Positions 23,601-32,857 of a stretch of DNA of 49,531 nt are shown in pieces (the stretch's first letter is position 1; each line of letters starts with the position of its first letter). Source of the DNA: an uncultured Gammaproteobacteria bacterium. Lineage in GTDB: Bacteria; Patescibacteriota; Microgenomatia; UBA1406; GWC2-37-13. The stretch is taken from positions 1 through 49,531 of the forward strand of contig CAYZRL010000001.1 in NCBI GenBank assembly GCA_964480835.1. The letters are read 5' to 3'. Position numbers and translations under genes: made by a program. The notes below the pieces were generated by a model. The model was not told the origin of the DNA. It saw only the letters and a list, made by a program, of their open reading frames with translations, and made no database searches.

Positions 23601-23868
23601 TAAATCCTAGATTGTTCCGTGTGAAAGATGAGCAATGAGCATCATTGCATTTCAGATACTCAAGTGAGTAGTCGGATGAATCTTGATAGATAATTCGCGC
23701 AAAACCGTCGCTATCGAGTGTCATCGTTGTATTTGTTCCCACGGTACGGTCTCCTGGGCTGTATAAACTAGAAGTAGTCCATGTTGATGCGAATACAGTT
23801 GTTGGTAGGAGTATAAAATACACCATCACCGACAAAAATGTGAGAATGATACCGAAAAATTTCCTCAT
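20665..23868 (-). CDS. large secreted surface protein: six Cys-pair repeats, PT linker, ELWxxDGT repeats, PT linker, FN3-like domain and C-terminal LysM
   Basis: Signal peptide. Six C-x4-C-[ST] repeats (KCNDAHCS, ICGNATCT, QCTSADCS, QCTNDSCS, VCSNDSCS, SCSNLTCS). Eight or nine ELW(V/K/R/T)(T/S)DGT..GT..VKDI repeats. PTPTPTPTPTP linkers. The LysM segment is YTVRPGDSLWGIASRVLGNGTLYRKIIQLNKL...GQKLKV. Confidence 0.85.
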   Translation of the reverse strand: MRKFFGIILTFLSVMVYFILLPTTVFASTWTTSSLYSPGDRTVGTNTTMTLDSDGFARIIYQDSSDYSLEYLKCNDAHCSSFTRNNLGFIATGPYAIVQGQDGNSRILYYDWSYVLKILICGNATCTSHTSVDLTTGQHEFGSQALSIGQDGYPRITFSEQYDLDLDVVTGDVQYIQCTSADCSTKVETSIDGSEYSDNSTMQLGNDGYARIAYTNWDDATLRYVQCTNDSCSTRITNILDTGDIDNGIEFNSLQVGSDGFVRVAYHSYPNVKLAVCSNDSCSSPTVTTISALGDAGNILMLRLRSDDIPRIAYQRTPEYDLRYASCSNLTCSAVSVQSIDGTMYSGSYQGFALGSEDEGYIAYKTSVESLSFAYEGPDPTPTPTPTPTPSPIVPHLSSNEHFQLIRDINPGTDFSVPSGYSGWSSSKFTRMNGKLFFTASDGVHGQELWVTDGTETGTTQVKDISSGSGSSLLSSMFASGNILYFSASDSSHGGELWKSDGTEAGTILVKDIFPGAESSNLGWFYDLNGVIIFAANDGSGASYELWRTDGTESGTTLIKDIYPGTDANGISISYGPQFIEYNSELYFFGNDAGGTGLWKTDGTTEGTVRIGQYEIDLTIRPAILPNGIVFAVTLGEYGNEPWYSDGTSGNTHVITNISSAGNSVSDISDFKSFTGKVYFAANDDTNGYELWTTDGTGEGTQLVKDISAGAGSSNPSMSEAVEYNGRLFFGANDGSATDYDQLWTTDGTTEGTQLVKDIARNYAGADTTIYLIGEVGGNLLFSVYDSTNFNRLLWKTDGTASGTIPLSSVPIASIEVAEDRSQQILSATQLLLNAYDDTHNYELWSYWVDTPTPTPTPTSGPPGPRPEGQRSTTDTPTCNERELSSVPDLFQITTSRTSATVYFSPISDIHNYYLAFGRTEGSEEYGTDLTYSDTSGVLAYQITHLQPNTTYFVKLRGSRGCKPGSWSNSIRFTTARSGSRLFYKDFISQVISTFSNSTASARTPSKLGTTAKVKKLSSCTYTVRPGDSLWGIASRVLGNGTLYRKIIQLNKLPSDALNPGQKLKVC

Positions 23869-23883
23869 ACAGGTGGCGCATTT

Positions 23884-23913
23884 ATTGTAGCTCTTCGGGC
23901 GCTCTTACGTCAA
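23884..23913 (-). promoter_or_regulatory. candidate promoter (TTGACG-18-TACAAT) of the 1067-aa surface protein gene
   Basis: On the minus strand, TTGACG lies at 23913-23908 and TACAAT at 23889-23884, 15 nt before ATG 23868. Confidence 0.45.
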
Positions 23914-23946
23914 GATGACGGAGCCTAAATTTATGTAGCCAGGCGA

Positions 23947-26706
23947 CTAGGGGGTTGCGGTCGGGGTTGGGGATGGCGTTGGACTGCTCGTTGGCGACTC
24001 GTTCCACGGTTTATTCACACCAATCTTCACCGTCGCATCACCTTGCTTATCTTTTTCATTCTTCACCACAACCTTAATCTCGTAGGTACCGTCAGGAAGA
24101 TTGATCGTCTCGTCGATGTCGCTTCGGTCTCCATCGAGATTCTTTTTTTCTTCCCCGTTTGCATAAATCTTTACATTTTTTATCTTTGCACCAGATGAAA
24201 AAACCGCCTTGACCTGTACGTTATTGCCGGTTGTGCTCTCGTTAGAAGGATTTTTCATACTCACTCCAACACTATCAGCATTTGAGTCAGAGGTGTCGGT
24301 TGGGTACTTAAACTTATCATTGCCTTTATCAGCCTGCTCTCGAACCCATGCGTCGATGCCCTCCTGCCAGCGATTTTTTCCGTCTCCGGAGACCGGGTCG
24401 TTTTCGGTAATAACAATAAAATCTTTCTCATCATAGTTCCCATTCCGGATTTCGACATCGTTTGCAAGCTTGCCATTCGACTTGGAAATTTTGAGTTTTT
24501 TATAGAATGGAGACACATCCTTTGGTTCGGAGCCATCAATAAAGTACTCTGATCGAGTAGGGAAGCCGTCCTTCGGGAGTCCGCCGAGATATGCATCAAC
24601 GATGAGCGCTTTAATTCCTGATGGCTCCTTCATAATACCGTCTTTGTATTTGAATTTTTTATCGGTAAGGAGTTTTTGCATGATGTTATGCCAGATCGGT
24701 GAGGCACCAGTGATACCCGAAGCAATGCGTTGGTTCATCGGCGAGTTGTCATTATTCCCAACCCACACCCCCACCGTAACATCGTTTGTGTAACCGATGG
24801 TCCAGTTATCTCTCTTATCATTTGTTGTACCGGTCTTCACCGCAACGGTTTTTCCTGCGACATTGAGAAATGAGCTTGGACCGAATGCATCGGTACGAGC
24901 AACGTTGTCGGACAGAATGTGTGAGATGAGGAACGACGCTTGTTGTGTTACGACCTGCTGTGACGAGTTTCTTTTCGGTTTATAGACTGTAAACCCACGA
25001 TGATCCTTTACTTCCTTCAACGGGAGAACATCAGACGACTTGCCGCCTCGAGCAAAGACCGAGAATGCTCCGCTCATATCGAGCAGCGTGCTCTCACCCC
25101 CTCCAAGGGTGATTGCGAGACCGAACCGATCCATGTTTTGCTGGGTTGGCGCAAACGATTTGATTCCTATTGACTCTGCTTTTCGAAGGAAGTCGCGGAC
25201 CCCAACGAGTGCGAGTAACTTTACCGCCGGAATGTTGTACGAGTTGCCAAGTGCGAATCGGAGCTGTACCGGACCGCGAAACTTCCCATCGTAATTCACC
25301 GGTTTATACTCCTGACCACCTTGATTTCCGAAGGTGGTGTTTACATCCATGAGAACCGTGGATGGCGTATACCCTTTTTCAAATGCGGTCGCGTAGGTAA
25401 TGGGCTTTATGGTCGAACCGGGCTGACGCTGACCAAGGGCTGCATTAAACTTTCCGTACTTATCATTATTAAAATCGTAAGAACCAACCATGGCGAGTAC
25501 CTCGCCTGTTTTTGAGTCGAGTACAACTGCCGCACCGTTTCCAACGTTATATCCTTTGAGTTTTTCGATCTCCTCTTTTACGATCTGCTCGGCAATCTTC
25601 TGTACTTCGAGCGAGAGGGTCGTGTAGATTCGCAACCCCTTTCCCTCGAGCTGTACACCATATTCCTTCTCGATGAGGTCCTGAACATAGAACACAAAGT
25701 GGGGAGCATTAATGCTTAATTTCTGTTTAGAAAAGGTAAGTCGGCTCATCTGTGCGAGCGCGGTTTGTTCTTCTTTCTTGGTGATGTATCCGTCCTCTCG
25801 CATTCTTCGAAGCACTGCGGTCGTTCTCGGTTTCCAAGCATCCTTCACACCGATAAACGGTGAATACTGGGACGGTAACTGCGGTAACCCAGCAAGAAAC
25901 GCCATCTCTACAAGTGAAAGTTCGTTTGGCGACTTCCCGAAATACCCCTTCGCTGCTGACCCAATACCATACATTGTTCCACCATACGGAATCTCGTTCA
26001 GATACATTTCGAGAATTTGGTCTTTTGAGTATCGTCGCTCGATCTCGATTGCGAGAATCATTTCTTTAATTTTTCGCGAGGCAGTTCGCTGTGAGTCGAG
26101 AAGGGCGAGCTTTATGAGCTGTTGTGTGATGGTTGAGCCACCTTGAATGCCTCTCCCGCTCAGGGTTGAGAGGACTGCACGAATTAGGCCAAACTCAGAG
26201 ACACCTTTATGACGATAGAAGTTTTTGTCTTCAATCGAGATCGTAGCTTTTTTCATCAGTTCAGGAATCTCGTCACTCTTCACTGGAAGTCGATTCTTAT
26301 CTTTATACAATTCAAAAAGAACCTTTCCATCCCGATCGTAGAACACCGTTGCTGAGTTATTAATCTGCGTGAGCTTTCCGGGTGCCGGAAGATCCCGCGC
26401 GAACCACACAAACAAGAGAAATATGAACAGAAATCCTACGATTGCTGCACCGCCGAGGACGACGGTGAGTTTCTGCTTTGGGGGAAGATGAGAAAACCAT
26501 CTGAGGAATCGGTGTTTACGGCTGATTCTCATACGGTTCATTATACCATTCTCGCCATTCTGAACTGGTATACTGTCTGTCATGGACTCAACAACTGGAG
26601 CATCATCGCGCAGGGATCGGTTATTTAAGGTAATCATAGCGATCTCATCGGTCATTCTCATTATCTCATCTCTCGCACCCGTATTGCTTTCGATTCGATA
26701 AGTCAT
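23947..26706 (-). CDS. class A penicillin-binding protein (GT51 transglycosylase plus transpeptidase) with a C-terminal Ig-like domain and PT tail
   Basis: GT51 motifs EDKNFYRHKGV and GGSTITQQL. Transpeptidase motifs PGSTIKP (SxxK), SYN and KTGTT. The C-terminus is SPTPSPTPTATP. The start is uncertain (TTG 26718, ATG 26706 or later Met codons before the TM helix). Confidence 0.9.
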   Translation of the reverse strand: MTYRIESNTGARDEIMRMTDEIAMITLNNRSLRDDAPVVESMTDSIPVQNGENGIMNRMRISRKHRFLRWFSHLPPKQKLTVVLGGAAIVGFLFIFLLFVWFARDLPAPGKLTQINNSATVFYDRDGKVLFELYKDKNRLPVKSDEIPELMKKATISIEDKNFYRHKGVSEFGLIRAVLSTLSGRGIQGGSTITQQLIKLALLDSQRTASRKIKEMILAIEIERRYSKDQILEMYLNEIPYGGTMYGIGSAAKGYFGKSPNELSLVEMAFLAGLPQLPSQYSPFIGVKDAWKPRTTAVLRRMREDGYITKKEEQTALAQMSRLTFSKQKLSINAPHFVFYVQDLIEKEYGVQLEGKGLRIYTTLSLEVQKIAEQIVKEEIEKLKGYNVGNGAAVVLDSKTGEVLAMVGSYDFNNDKYGKFNAALGQRQPGSTIKPITYATAFEKGYTPSTVLMDVNTTFGNQGGQEYKPVNYDGKFRGPVQLRFALGNSYNIPAVKLLALVGVRDFLRKAESIGIKSFAPTQQNMDRFGLAITLGGGESTLLDMSGAFSVFARGGKSSDVLPLKEVKDHRGFTVYKPKRNSSQQVVTQQASFLISHILSDNVARTDAFGPSSFLNVAGKTVAVKTGTTNDKRDNWTIGYTNDVTVGVWVGNNDNSPMNQRIASGITGASPIWHNIMQKLLTDKKFKYKDGIMKEPSGIKALIVDAYLGGLPKDGFPTRSEYFIDGSEPKDVSPFYKKLKISKSNGKLANDVEIRNGNYDEKDFIVITENDPVSGDGKNRWQEGIDAWVREQADKGNDKFKYPTDTSDSNADSVGVSMKNPSNESTTGNNVQVKAVFSSGAKIKNVKIYANGEEKKNLDGDRSDIDETINLPDGTYEIKVVVKNEKDKQGDATVKIGVNKPWNESPTSSPTPSPTPTATP

Positions 26707-26721
26707 ACCGGTGAGCAATCT

Positions 26722-28782
26722 ATGAATGTCGATTTTTCACTCGATACATCGATCGACCGACTTCCTGCAACACGATCAACGACAGTTCAGCGACTGAAGA
26801 AGCTTGGAATCACGACTATTGAATCACTCCTCATGTATGCTCCACGAAGATACGAAGATCGCTCAATACTCAGTAGCACAACGGCAGTTCAACTCGGTGA
26901 AAAGGTAACAATCTCGGGAACGATTACTGCGTGCAAAAATCAGTTTGCACGGAATGGTCTTACGATTCAGACCGCAACACTACAGGACGAAGTAGGTGAG
27001 ATCGATCTGGTCTGGTTTAATCAGCGCTATCTTGCGCGGGTCCTCCAGCAAGGAAAACAATTTTCGGTCTGGGGGGAAGTGAAAGAATATCGATCGAAGA
27101 AGGTTCTCTTTCCGCAGGAGTTTGAGTCTATTGCCGAGGGAAAAACAATGCTCCATCTCGGTAAACTTGTGCCAATCTACCCTGAAACGGGAGGGCTTTC
27201 ATCAAAGACCATCCGTGAAAAAATGCAGTTTGCGCTCTCGGCTCTCGCTACACACGACGCTACCACAGTCGAACAACTCCCGGAGCGCATCCTCGAGGAA
27301 TTTAATCTCCTCACAAGAAAAGACGCATTCATGTATATTCACCGCCCAACTACCACAGAGGAAATTAAAATTGCACGAACAAGACTTGGATTTGATGAAC
27401 TGTTCGTACTACAACTGGGTTCACATATTACGCGGCAGGCGTGGAACGAAGAAAGAGTTGGCACTCCCTTCACGATTCGGGATCGAATGATGCACGTCGA
27501 GTCGTTCATCGACCGGTTGCCATTCGACCTTACCGCATCACAACAAAAAGCAATACAAGACATCCTCACAGATCTTTCTCTTCAAAAACCGATGAATCGT
27601 TTCCTTCAGGGCGATGTCGGGTCGGGAAAAACGGCTGTTGCGGCAGTGGCGGCGTATGCAGCATTCCTGAATGGATACAGTACGCTCCTTATGGCACCAA
27701 CCGAGATTCTCGCTCAACAGCATCATCGAACCTTCACCGACTTCTTTTCACAAGCATCCGTACCGATACAGTTAGTTACCGGATCTACAAAAAAACGGAG
27801 TCTCACATCGGACGCTCCCTCGATTATCATCGGAACACACGCGCTCCTTCATACAACATTCGCATCTCAATCAGTTGGTCTCGTGATCATCGATGAGCAG
27901 CATAGATTTGGCGTTAAACAGAGGGCGGAGCTAAAGAATCGAGGTATGCACCCACATCTTCTTACCATGACCGCGACCCCAATCCCTCGTACCGTTGCGT
28001 TGACTATTTTCGGAGAGCTCGATATGTCGGTCCTAGATGAAATGCCCAAAAATCGACTCCCCATCAAATCATGGGTAGTTCCCGCACAAAAACGACAAGC
28101 AGCGTATCAATGGATCGATGAGCAGCTTGCAGGTGGAGCGCAGGTATACGTTATCTGCCCATTGGTCGATGAGTCGGACCGAGAATCGCTAGCAGCAACC
28201 AAGGCGGCACAGAAAGAGTCCGAACGTCTCGCGGCAGAAATCTTTCCCCACCGGAAGGTAGGACTCCTCCATGGGAAAATGAAGCCCGCGATGAAGACCG
28301 ATGTGATGCAGCGGTTTAAACAAAAAGAAATCGATATTCTCGTTTCAACATCGGTCGTCGAAGTAGGAATCGATGTCCCTGCAGCAACCATCATTCTTAT
28401 TGAAGGGGCGGAACGGTTTGGACTCGCTCAACTTCACCAACTTCGTGGTCGTGTGGGAAGAGGAGACCGACAGTCATACTGTCTTTTGTTTCCAACCGAC
28501 CTTACCTCTCCTCAGTCGCCTCGGCTCCAGTTTTTTGCTACGCACTCGAAAGGGAGTGATATCGCAGAGTACGACTTGATGAGTCGGGGAGTTGGTGAGC
28601 TGTATGGTACGAAACAACATGGGTACACCGAGCTAAAAATTGCATCACTTGCTGATACCACACTCATTCAGCATACCCGTGAGGCGGTCGCGCTGTTCAT
28701 GAAAAACTACTCACTGGAAGATTTTCCTCGGATCCGTACTTCGCTTGAGGAGCGTTCGGTAACCAGCATTGCAAAAGACTGA
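26722..28782 (+). CDS. recG: ATP-dependent DNA helicase RecG
   Basis: N-terminal wedge/OB region. Motif I GDVGSGKT, motif II DEQHRFGV, then TATPIPRT and QLRGRVGRG. Length 686 aa. Confidence 0.92.
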   Translation: MNVDFSLDTSIDRLPATRSTTVQRLKKLGITTIESLLMYAPRRYEDRSILSSTTAVQLGEKVTISGTITACKNQFARNGLTIQTATLQDEVGEIDLVWFNQRYLARVLQQGKQFSVWGEVKEYRSKKVLFPQEFESIAEGKTMLHLGKLVPIYPETGGLSSKTIREKMQFALSALATHDATTVEQLPERILEEFNLLTRKDAFMYIHRPTTTEEIKIARTRLGFDELFVLQLGSHITRQAWNEERVGTPFTIRDRMMHVESFIDRLPFDLTASQQKAIQDILTDLSLQKPMNRFLQGDVGSGKTAVAAVAAYAAFLNGYSTLLMAPTEILAQQHHRTFTDFFSQASVPIQLVTGSTKKRSLTSDAPSIIIGTHALLHTTFASQSVGLVIIDEQHRFGVKQRAELKNRGMHPHLLTMTATPIPRTVALTIFGELDMSVLDEMPKNRLPIKSWVVPAQKRQAAYQWIDEQLAGGAQVYVICPLVDESDRESLAATKAAQKESERLAAEIFPHRKVGLLHGKMKPAMKTDVMQRFKQKEIDILVSTSVVEVGIDVPAATIILIEGAERFGLAQLHQLRGRVGRGDRQSYCLLFPTDLTSPQSPRLQFFATHSKGSDIAEYDLMSRGVGELYGTKQHGYTELKIASLADTTLIQHTREAVALFMKNYSLEDFPRIRTSLEERSVTSIAKD

Positions 28783-28784
28783 CG

Positions 28785-29987
28785 TTATTTGATACTCGTG
28801 GTGAGGGTGTAAATTGGCGTAATGATCGAAAAGACCAGTCCTCCCACACTGAGTCCGAGGATGACGAGGATTGTTGGCTCAATTAGGGTTGTCATCGTCT
28901 TAATCGCAAGCTCCGACTCGAATTCGAAGTACTTCGAGAGCCGTGTGAGGGTATCATCGAGGTGTCCGGTATTCTCGCCAACAATTGTCATCTGTGTGAG
29001 AATTGGTGGAAACAAAATATCATCTCCAAATGCGCCTCCGAGCGACTGTCCTTTTTCAACTTTTTTATATACCCTCGCAAATGATTCTTTGTAAACGACA
29101 TTTTCTGTGGTGTCGATAATGATCGATAAGCTCTCGAGAATCGACACGCCCGATCCAACAAGAATTGCGAGCGTTCGCGTGCTGTCAACGAGTGCAGCCA
29201 TTCTGATAACTCCTTTCACGATAGGTAGCTGGAGCACAAGAGAGTCTTTTACCGTCTTTCCTTGTTTCGTCTGTAGAAACTGTCGAAAACCTACGATAAC
29301 CGCAACAACGATGATTATGATCAATGGCCAAAATGTCGCTGAAAACGTCGAGACCGCGATGAGAATCTTTGTTGAAAACGGAAGCTCAACCTGAAAGTTC
29401 TTATACAGCTCCAGTAATTTTGGAATGACAAACGTGATCATGATAAACATCACCGCGACCATTGCCGATAGGATAAAAACCGGGTAGATCAGTGCCCCGC
29501 GTAACTTCCCTCGAAACTCACGTTGTTTCTCAAGATTCTCGGATAGCCGGAGGAGTATCTCCGAGAGCTTTCCCGAAGCCTCACCAGACTTCACCAGTGC
29601 AATGTATAAATTTGAAAAGTGTTGCGGGTACTGTCGAAGAACGAAGGACATCGAATTTCCTGCTTTGATCTGAGTTTCGATATCGACAATAATTTTATGG
29701 AGTGATTCTTTCACGATCTGCTTGCGAAGAATTTCGAGAGCCTCCACGATGGTGAGACCCGCATTTAGCATGATTGCGAGTTGTCTCGTAAAGTCTACGA
29801 TGTCGTTGAACGTTACTCGATTCACGATACCTTCAAGACCAATTAGTGAGCCTGCGCGGTCACGCCGCACATCTACAACAAAGTAGTCTTTCTGTCGTAA
29901 GTAGGACACAACGTCATCTTGACTGATTGCCTCGATCGTTTTTGACTCTACCTTACCGTTTTTGATCGCTCGATATTTGAATAGCAT
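28785..29987 (-). CDS. pilC: type IV pilus platform protein PilC (GspF family)
   Basis: Two GspF repeats with three TM segments. The N-terminus MLFKYRAIKNGK is typical. ATG 29987 is preferred over the ORF start at 30020. Confidence 0.88.
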   Translation of the reverse strand: MLFKYRAIKNGKVESKTIEAISQDDVVSYLRQKDYFVVDVRRDRAGSLIGLEGIVNRVTFNDIVDFTRQLAIMLNAGLTIVEALEILRKQIVKESLHKIIVDIETQIKAGNSMSFVLRQYPQHFSNLYIALVKSGEASGKLSEILLRLSENLEKQREFRGKLRGALIYPVFILSAMVAVMFIMITFVIPKLLELYKNFQVELPFSTKILIAVSTFSATFWPLIIIIVVAVIVGFRQFLQTKQGKTVKDSLVLQLPIVKGVIRMAALVDSTRTLAILVGSGVSILESLSIIIDTTENVVYKESFARVYKKVEKGQSLGGAFGDDILFPPILTQMTIVGENTGHLDDTLTRLSKYFEFESELAIKTMTTLIEPTILVILGLSVGGLVFSIITPIYTLTTSIK

Positions 29988-30020
29988 TACGTTGATTCGA
30001 TGTTGGGAAATCCACAACAA

Positions 30021-31073
30021 CTACACAAGATATTTTTCAAGATCTTTTGGTCTGAGAGAATATGCCCGCGCTGTTTCTTTACTAATCTTTCCCTCTTTTA
30101 CGAGTTGGGCTAAGTTACGCTCAAAGAATATAAACCCATCTTGATTCGAGGTTTGTAACACATTATCAAGAAGGTATGGTTTTCCGTCTCGGATGATAGA
30201 CGAAACTGCGGATGAGTTATAGAGGAGTTCAACTGCCGGAATTCTTCCTCGCACGTCCGATCGGGGGAGGAGGCGTTGTGACACAACAGCACGCAGAACA
30301 CCCGCAAGTTGGGAACGTACCTGATTCTGTTGATGAGAAGGAAACATGTCGATAATACGATTGATCGTTTCGGGCGATGAGGTCGTGTGGAGGGTTGAAA
30401 ATACGAGATGACCGGTCTCTGCGATGGTGAGCACGAGCTGTGTCGATTCGTAATCTCGCATCTCTCCGACCAACACCACATCAGGATCCTCTCGCAGGAC
30501 CGACCTCAACGCAATGTTCCATGAATGCGTATCCTGATGGAGTTCTCTCTGGGACACTACAGATTTTGCCTTTGGATAGACATACTCGATCGGATCCTCG
30601 ATTGTGATAATGTGCGCCTGCCGATTCAGATTTACTTTGTTAATGATCGATGCCAACGTAGTGCTCTTTCCCTCACCGGTCGGTCCGGTTACCAGAACCA
30701 ATCCAGAATTAAAGTCAGAAAGTGAGTTGAACGATGAAGGTAACATGAGTTGTTCGAGGGTCTGAATCGTTGCTGGGATTATACGGAGTGACGCGCCCAT
30801 TGAGTTTCGGGCATGATATACATTGATTCTAAAACGGCTATTATCCTTCTCGAATCCGAGATCGATCTCTTTATTAACCTGGAGATTTTCACGCTGCTCA
30901 TTGGTAAGAAAAGCATTGATGAGTTGATTGGTCACCTGTGGCGTTAGGAGGGGAAGGGTGGACATCTGGTAAAGCACTCCATCGATCCGAAACGCAGGAT
31001 AGTATCCTGGAACCAGATGAATATCCGATGCTTTTCGCTCAATCGCTAGGTGTAATAGTTGTTGAATATCCAT
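30021..31073 (-). CDS. pilT: type IV pilus retraction ATPase PilT
   Basis: MDIQQLL..ASDIHLVPG, Walker A GPTGEGKSTT, HIITIEDPIEY and GHLVFSTLHT, at about 350 aa. ATG 31073 is preferred over 31094. Confidence 0.88.
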   Translation of the reverse strand: MDIQQLLHLAIERKASDIHLVPGYYPAFRIDGVLYQMSTLPLLTPQVTNQLINAFLTNEQRENLQVNKEIDLGFEKDNSRFRINVYHARNSMGASLRIIPATIQTLEQLMLPSSFNSLSDFNSGLVLVTGPTGEGKSTTLASIINKVNLNRQAHIITIEDPIEYVYPKAKSVVSQRELHQDTHSWNIALRSVLREDPDVVLVGEMRDYESTQLVLTIAETGHLVFSTLHTTSSPETINRIIDMFPSHQQNQVRSQLAGVLRAVVSQRLLPRSDVRGRIPAVELLYNSSAVSSIIRDGKPYLLDNVLQTSNQDGFIFFERNLAQLVKEGKISKETARAYSLRPKDLEKYLV

Positions 31074-31077
31074 ATTG

Positions 31078-32784
31078 TTATACCTCCGCAACACGGAGAA
31101 CTTCCTCTACTGTCGTTATACCATCTAGCGCCTTCAGATATCCATCTTGTTTCATGGTTATCAGTCCCTGTTTCTTCGCCTGCGCCTCGATATCGGCCGC
31201 GGTCTGATGAGAGATGATCATTTTGTTAATTTCAGGAGTTACATTCACAATTTCGAAGATGGCAATTCGACCTTGATATCCAGACTTATTGCACTCAGCG
31301 CAACCTTTTCCACGTGCGAGTTGGATTGGAGCATTGTTGGTGTATTTTGCTGGCAATAAATCTCCCAGTACGGTCCGAACTGAGTTCTGCACTTGATCAA
31401 CAGGGGTATACCATTCCTTGCAGGAATCACAGATCTTTCTGGTAATGCGCTGGGCGAGACAAGCATGAAGCACGGACGCAATCAAGAACGGCTCTGCACC
31501 AAGATCAATTAGTCTCGGTATCGCGGTTGCGGCATCGTTTGTGTGCAGTGTTGAAAAGACAAGATGACCGGTGAGCGCTGCCTGAATCGCGAGCTGCGTC
31601 GTCTCTTTATCTCGAATTTCTCCGACAAGAATAATGTTCGGATCCTGGCGAAGGAACGATCGAAGACCGCTCGCGAATGTGAGTCCCGCCTGGACATTTA
31701 CCTGCACCTGATTGATTCCGGGGATCTGGTACTCGACAGGGTCTTCAAGGGTAGCGATGTTAACGCTCGGCTTATTGAGTCGTGAAAGGATTGAGTACAG
31801 TGTGGTGGTTTTACCAGAACCAGTAGGTCCGGTTACCAACACAATTCCGTACGGTTTGAGCACCGCGGTCTCCAGATCTCGGAGTTGGGGACCACGAAGT
31901 CCAAGTTCGGCGAGGTGTGGAATACCACCGGTCTTTTTTAGCAATCGCATCACAATCTTCTCGCCGTGGACAGTTGGGAGGGACGAAATTCTCAGATCGA
32001 CCTCGTCAACGCCAAGCTTAAAACTAAACCGTCCATCCTGCGGTACACGCTTTTCGTCGATCTTCATCTGACTCAGAATCTTGATACGAGATATGACAGC
32101 GTCATGGATAACCTTGGGCAGCGAGAGCTTTTCGCTGAGAATACCATCAATTCTATAGCGAACTCGGGTTCGAGCTTCTTCCGGCTCAATATGAATATCT
32201 GACGCTCGACTTTTGAACGCAAACTCCAAGATCGTCGATACAATCTTTGCAACCGGTGCTTCTTTGATCGATGTTACCGTTTCTTGTGCTTGAAGCTCCT
32301 TTGGTTGATATTCCTTTAACGCCTCCTTCACCTCGGGAGAAAGTCCCTGCGAGTACGAAACCTCAAGCGCCTTCACAATATCCTCTTGAACTGCAAGTGC
32401 GAGCACCACTCGCTTATTCACTTTCTGTGATATAAAGTCTCCAAGATAGGTATTGTACGGATCTGCGGTCGCAAGAAATAACGTCGCTTCCTGCGAGTCA
32501 AATCGATAAGGAATGACGGTATACTTTCTCGCAATCGATTCTGAGATGAGGCTCAGTGCTTGTGGATCAATGGGGGAGGACGCAAGATCTACATACGGAA
32601 TATTCATGAGTTCGCCGGTCGCCTTAAGAATACTCTGCTTCGGAATAGAAGTATGCTTGAGAAGGTAGTCGTAGATTTCCTCATTCTTCTGAAGACTGTC
32701 GAGCTCATACCTATCTGCGGACTGTTGATCAATAACCGCATTTTTCATCAGCTGTGCAAGAAGTTTTTTGGGAGCAACGTTCAT
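31078..32784 (-). CDS. pilB: type IV pilus assembly ATPase PilB (GspE family)
   Basis: N-terminal GspII_E domain, Walker A GPTGSGKTTT and GHLVFSTLHTNDA. The tetracysteine motif is CDSC...CAEC. ATG 32784 is preferred, because the TTG at 32820 lies inside the tandem repeat. Confidence 0.9.
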   Translation of the reverse strand: MNVAPKKLLAQLMKNAVIDQQSADRYELDSLQKNEEIYDYLLKHTSIPKQSILKATGELMNIPYVDLASSPIDPQALSLISESIARKYTVIPYRFDSQEATLFLATADPYNTYLGDFISQKVNKRVVLALAVQEDIVKALEVSYSQGLSPEVKEALKEYQPKELQAQETVTSIKEAPVAKIVSTILEFAFKSRASDIHIEPEEARTRVRYRIDGILSEKLSLPKVIHDAVISRIKILSQMKIDEKRVPQDGRFSFKLGVDEVDLRISSLPTVHGEKIVMRLLKKTGGIPHLAELGLRGPQLRDLETAVLKPYGIVLVTGPTGSGKTTTLYSILSRLNKPSVNIATLEDPVEYQIPGINQVQVNVQAGLTFASGLRSFLRQDPNIILVGEIRDKETTQLAIQAALTGHLVFSTLHTNDAATAIPRLIDLGAEPFLIASVLHACLAQRITRKICDSCKEWYTPVDQVQNSVRTVLGDLLPAKYTNNAPIQLARGKGCAECNKSGYQGRIAIFEIVNVTPEINKMIISHQTAADIEAQAKKQGLITMKQDGYLKALDGITTVEEVLRVAEV

Positions 32785-32790
32785 ACATTC

Positions 32791-32796
32791 AATATA
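32791..32796 (-). promoter_or_regulatory. -10 box (TATATT, preceded by TG) 6 nt upstream of the pilB ATG 32784
   Basis: The minus strand reads TTGTATATT-GAATGT-ATG. The -35-like TTGAGT lies inside the heptamer repeat. Confidence 0.45.
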
Positions 32797-32804
32797 CAAC
32801 ACAG

Positions 32805-32832
32805 AATACTCAATACTCAATACTCAATACTC
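32805..32832. repeat. 4 x 7-bp perfect tandem repeat (AATACTC) in the divergent pilB/holB-like promoter region
   Basis: AATACTC AATACTC AATACTC AATACTC, read directly from the sequence. It lies between the two -10 boxes at 32791-96 and 32852-57. Confidence 0.9.
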
Positions 32833-32851
32833 GACGCTCCGCAGTTTAGGC

Positions 32852-32857
32852 TATAAT
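32852..32857 (+). promoter_or_regulatory. -10 box (TATAAT) 6 nt upstream of ATG 32864
   Basis: Sequence reads GGCTATAAT-ACCAAC-ATG. Confidence 0.45.

Noticed and set aside
32805-32832. The tandem repeat considered as a possible CRISPR array or minisatellite.
   Set aside because: The units are only 7 bp, are contiguous without spacers, and number just four copies. No cas genes are present. It is kept as a promoter-region repeat instead.
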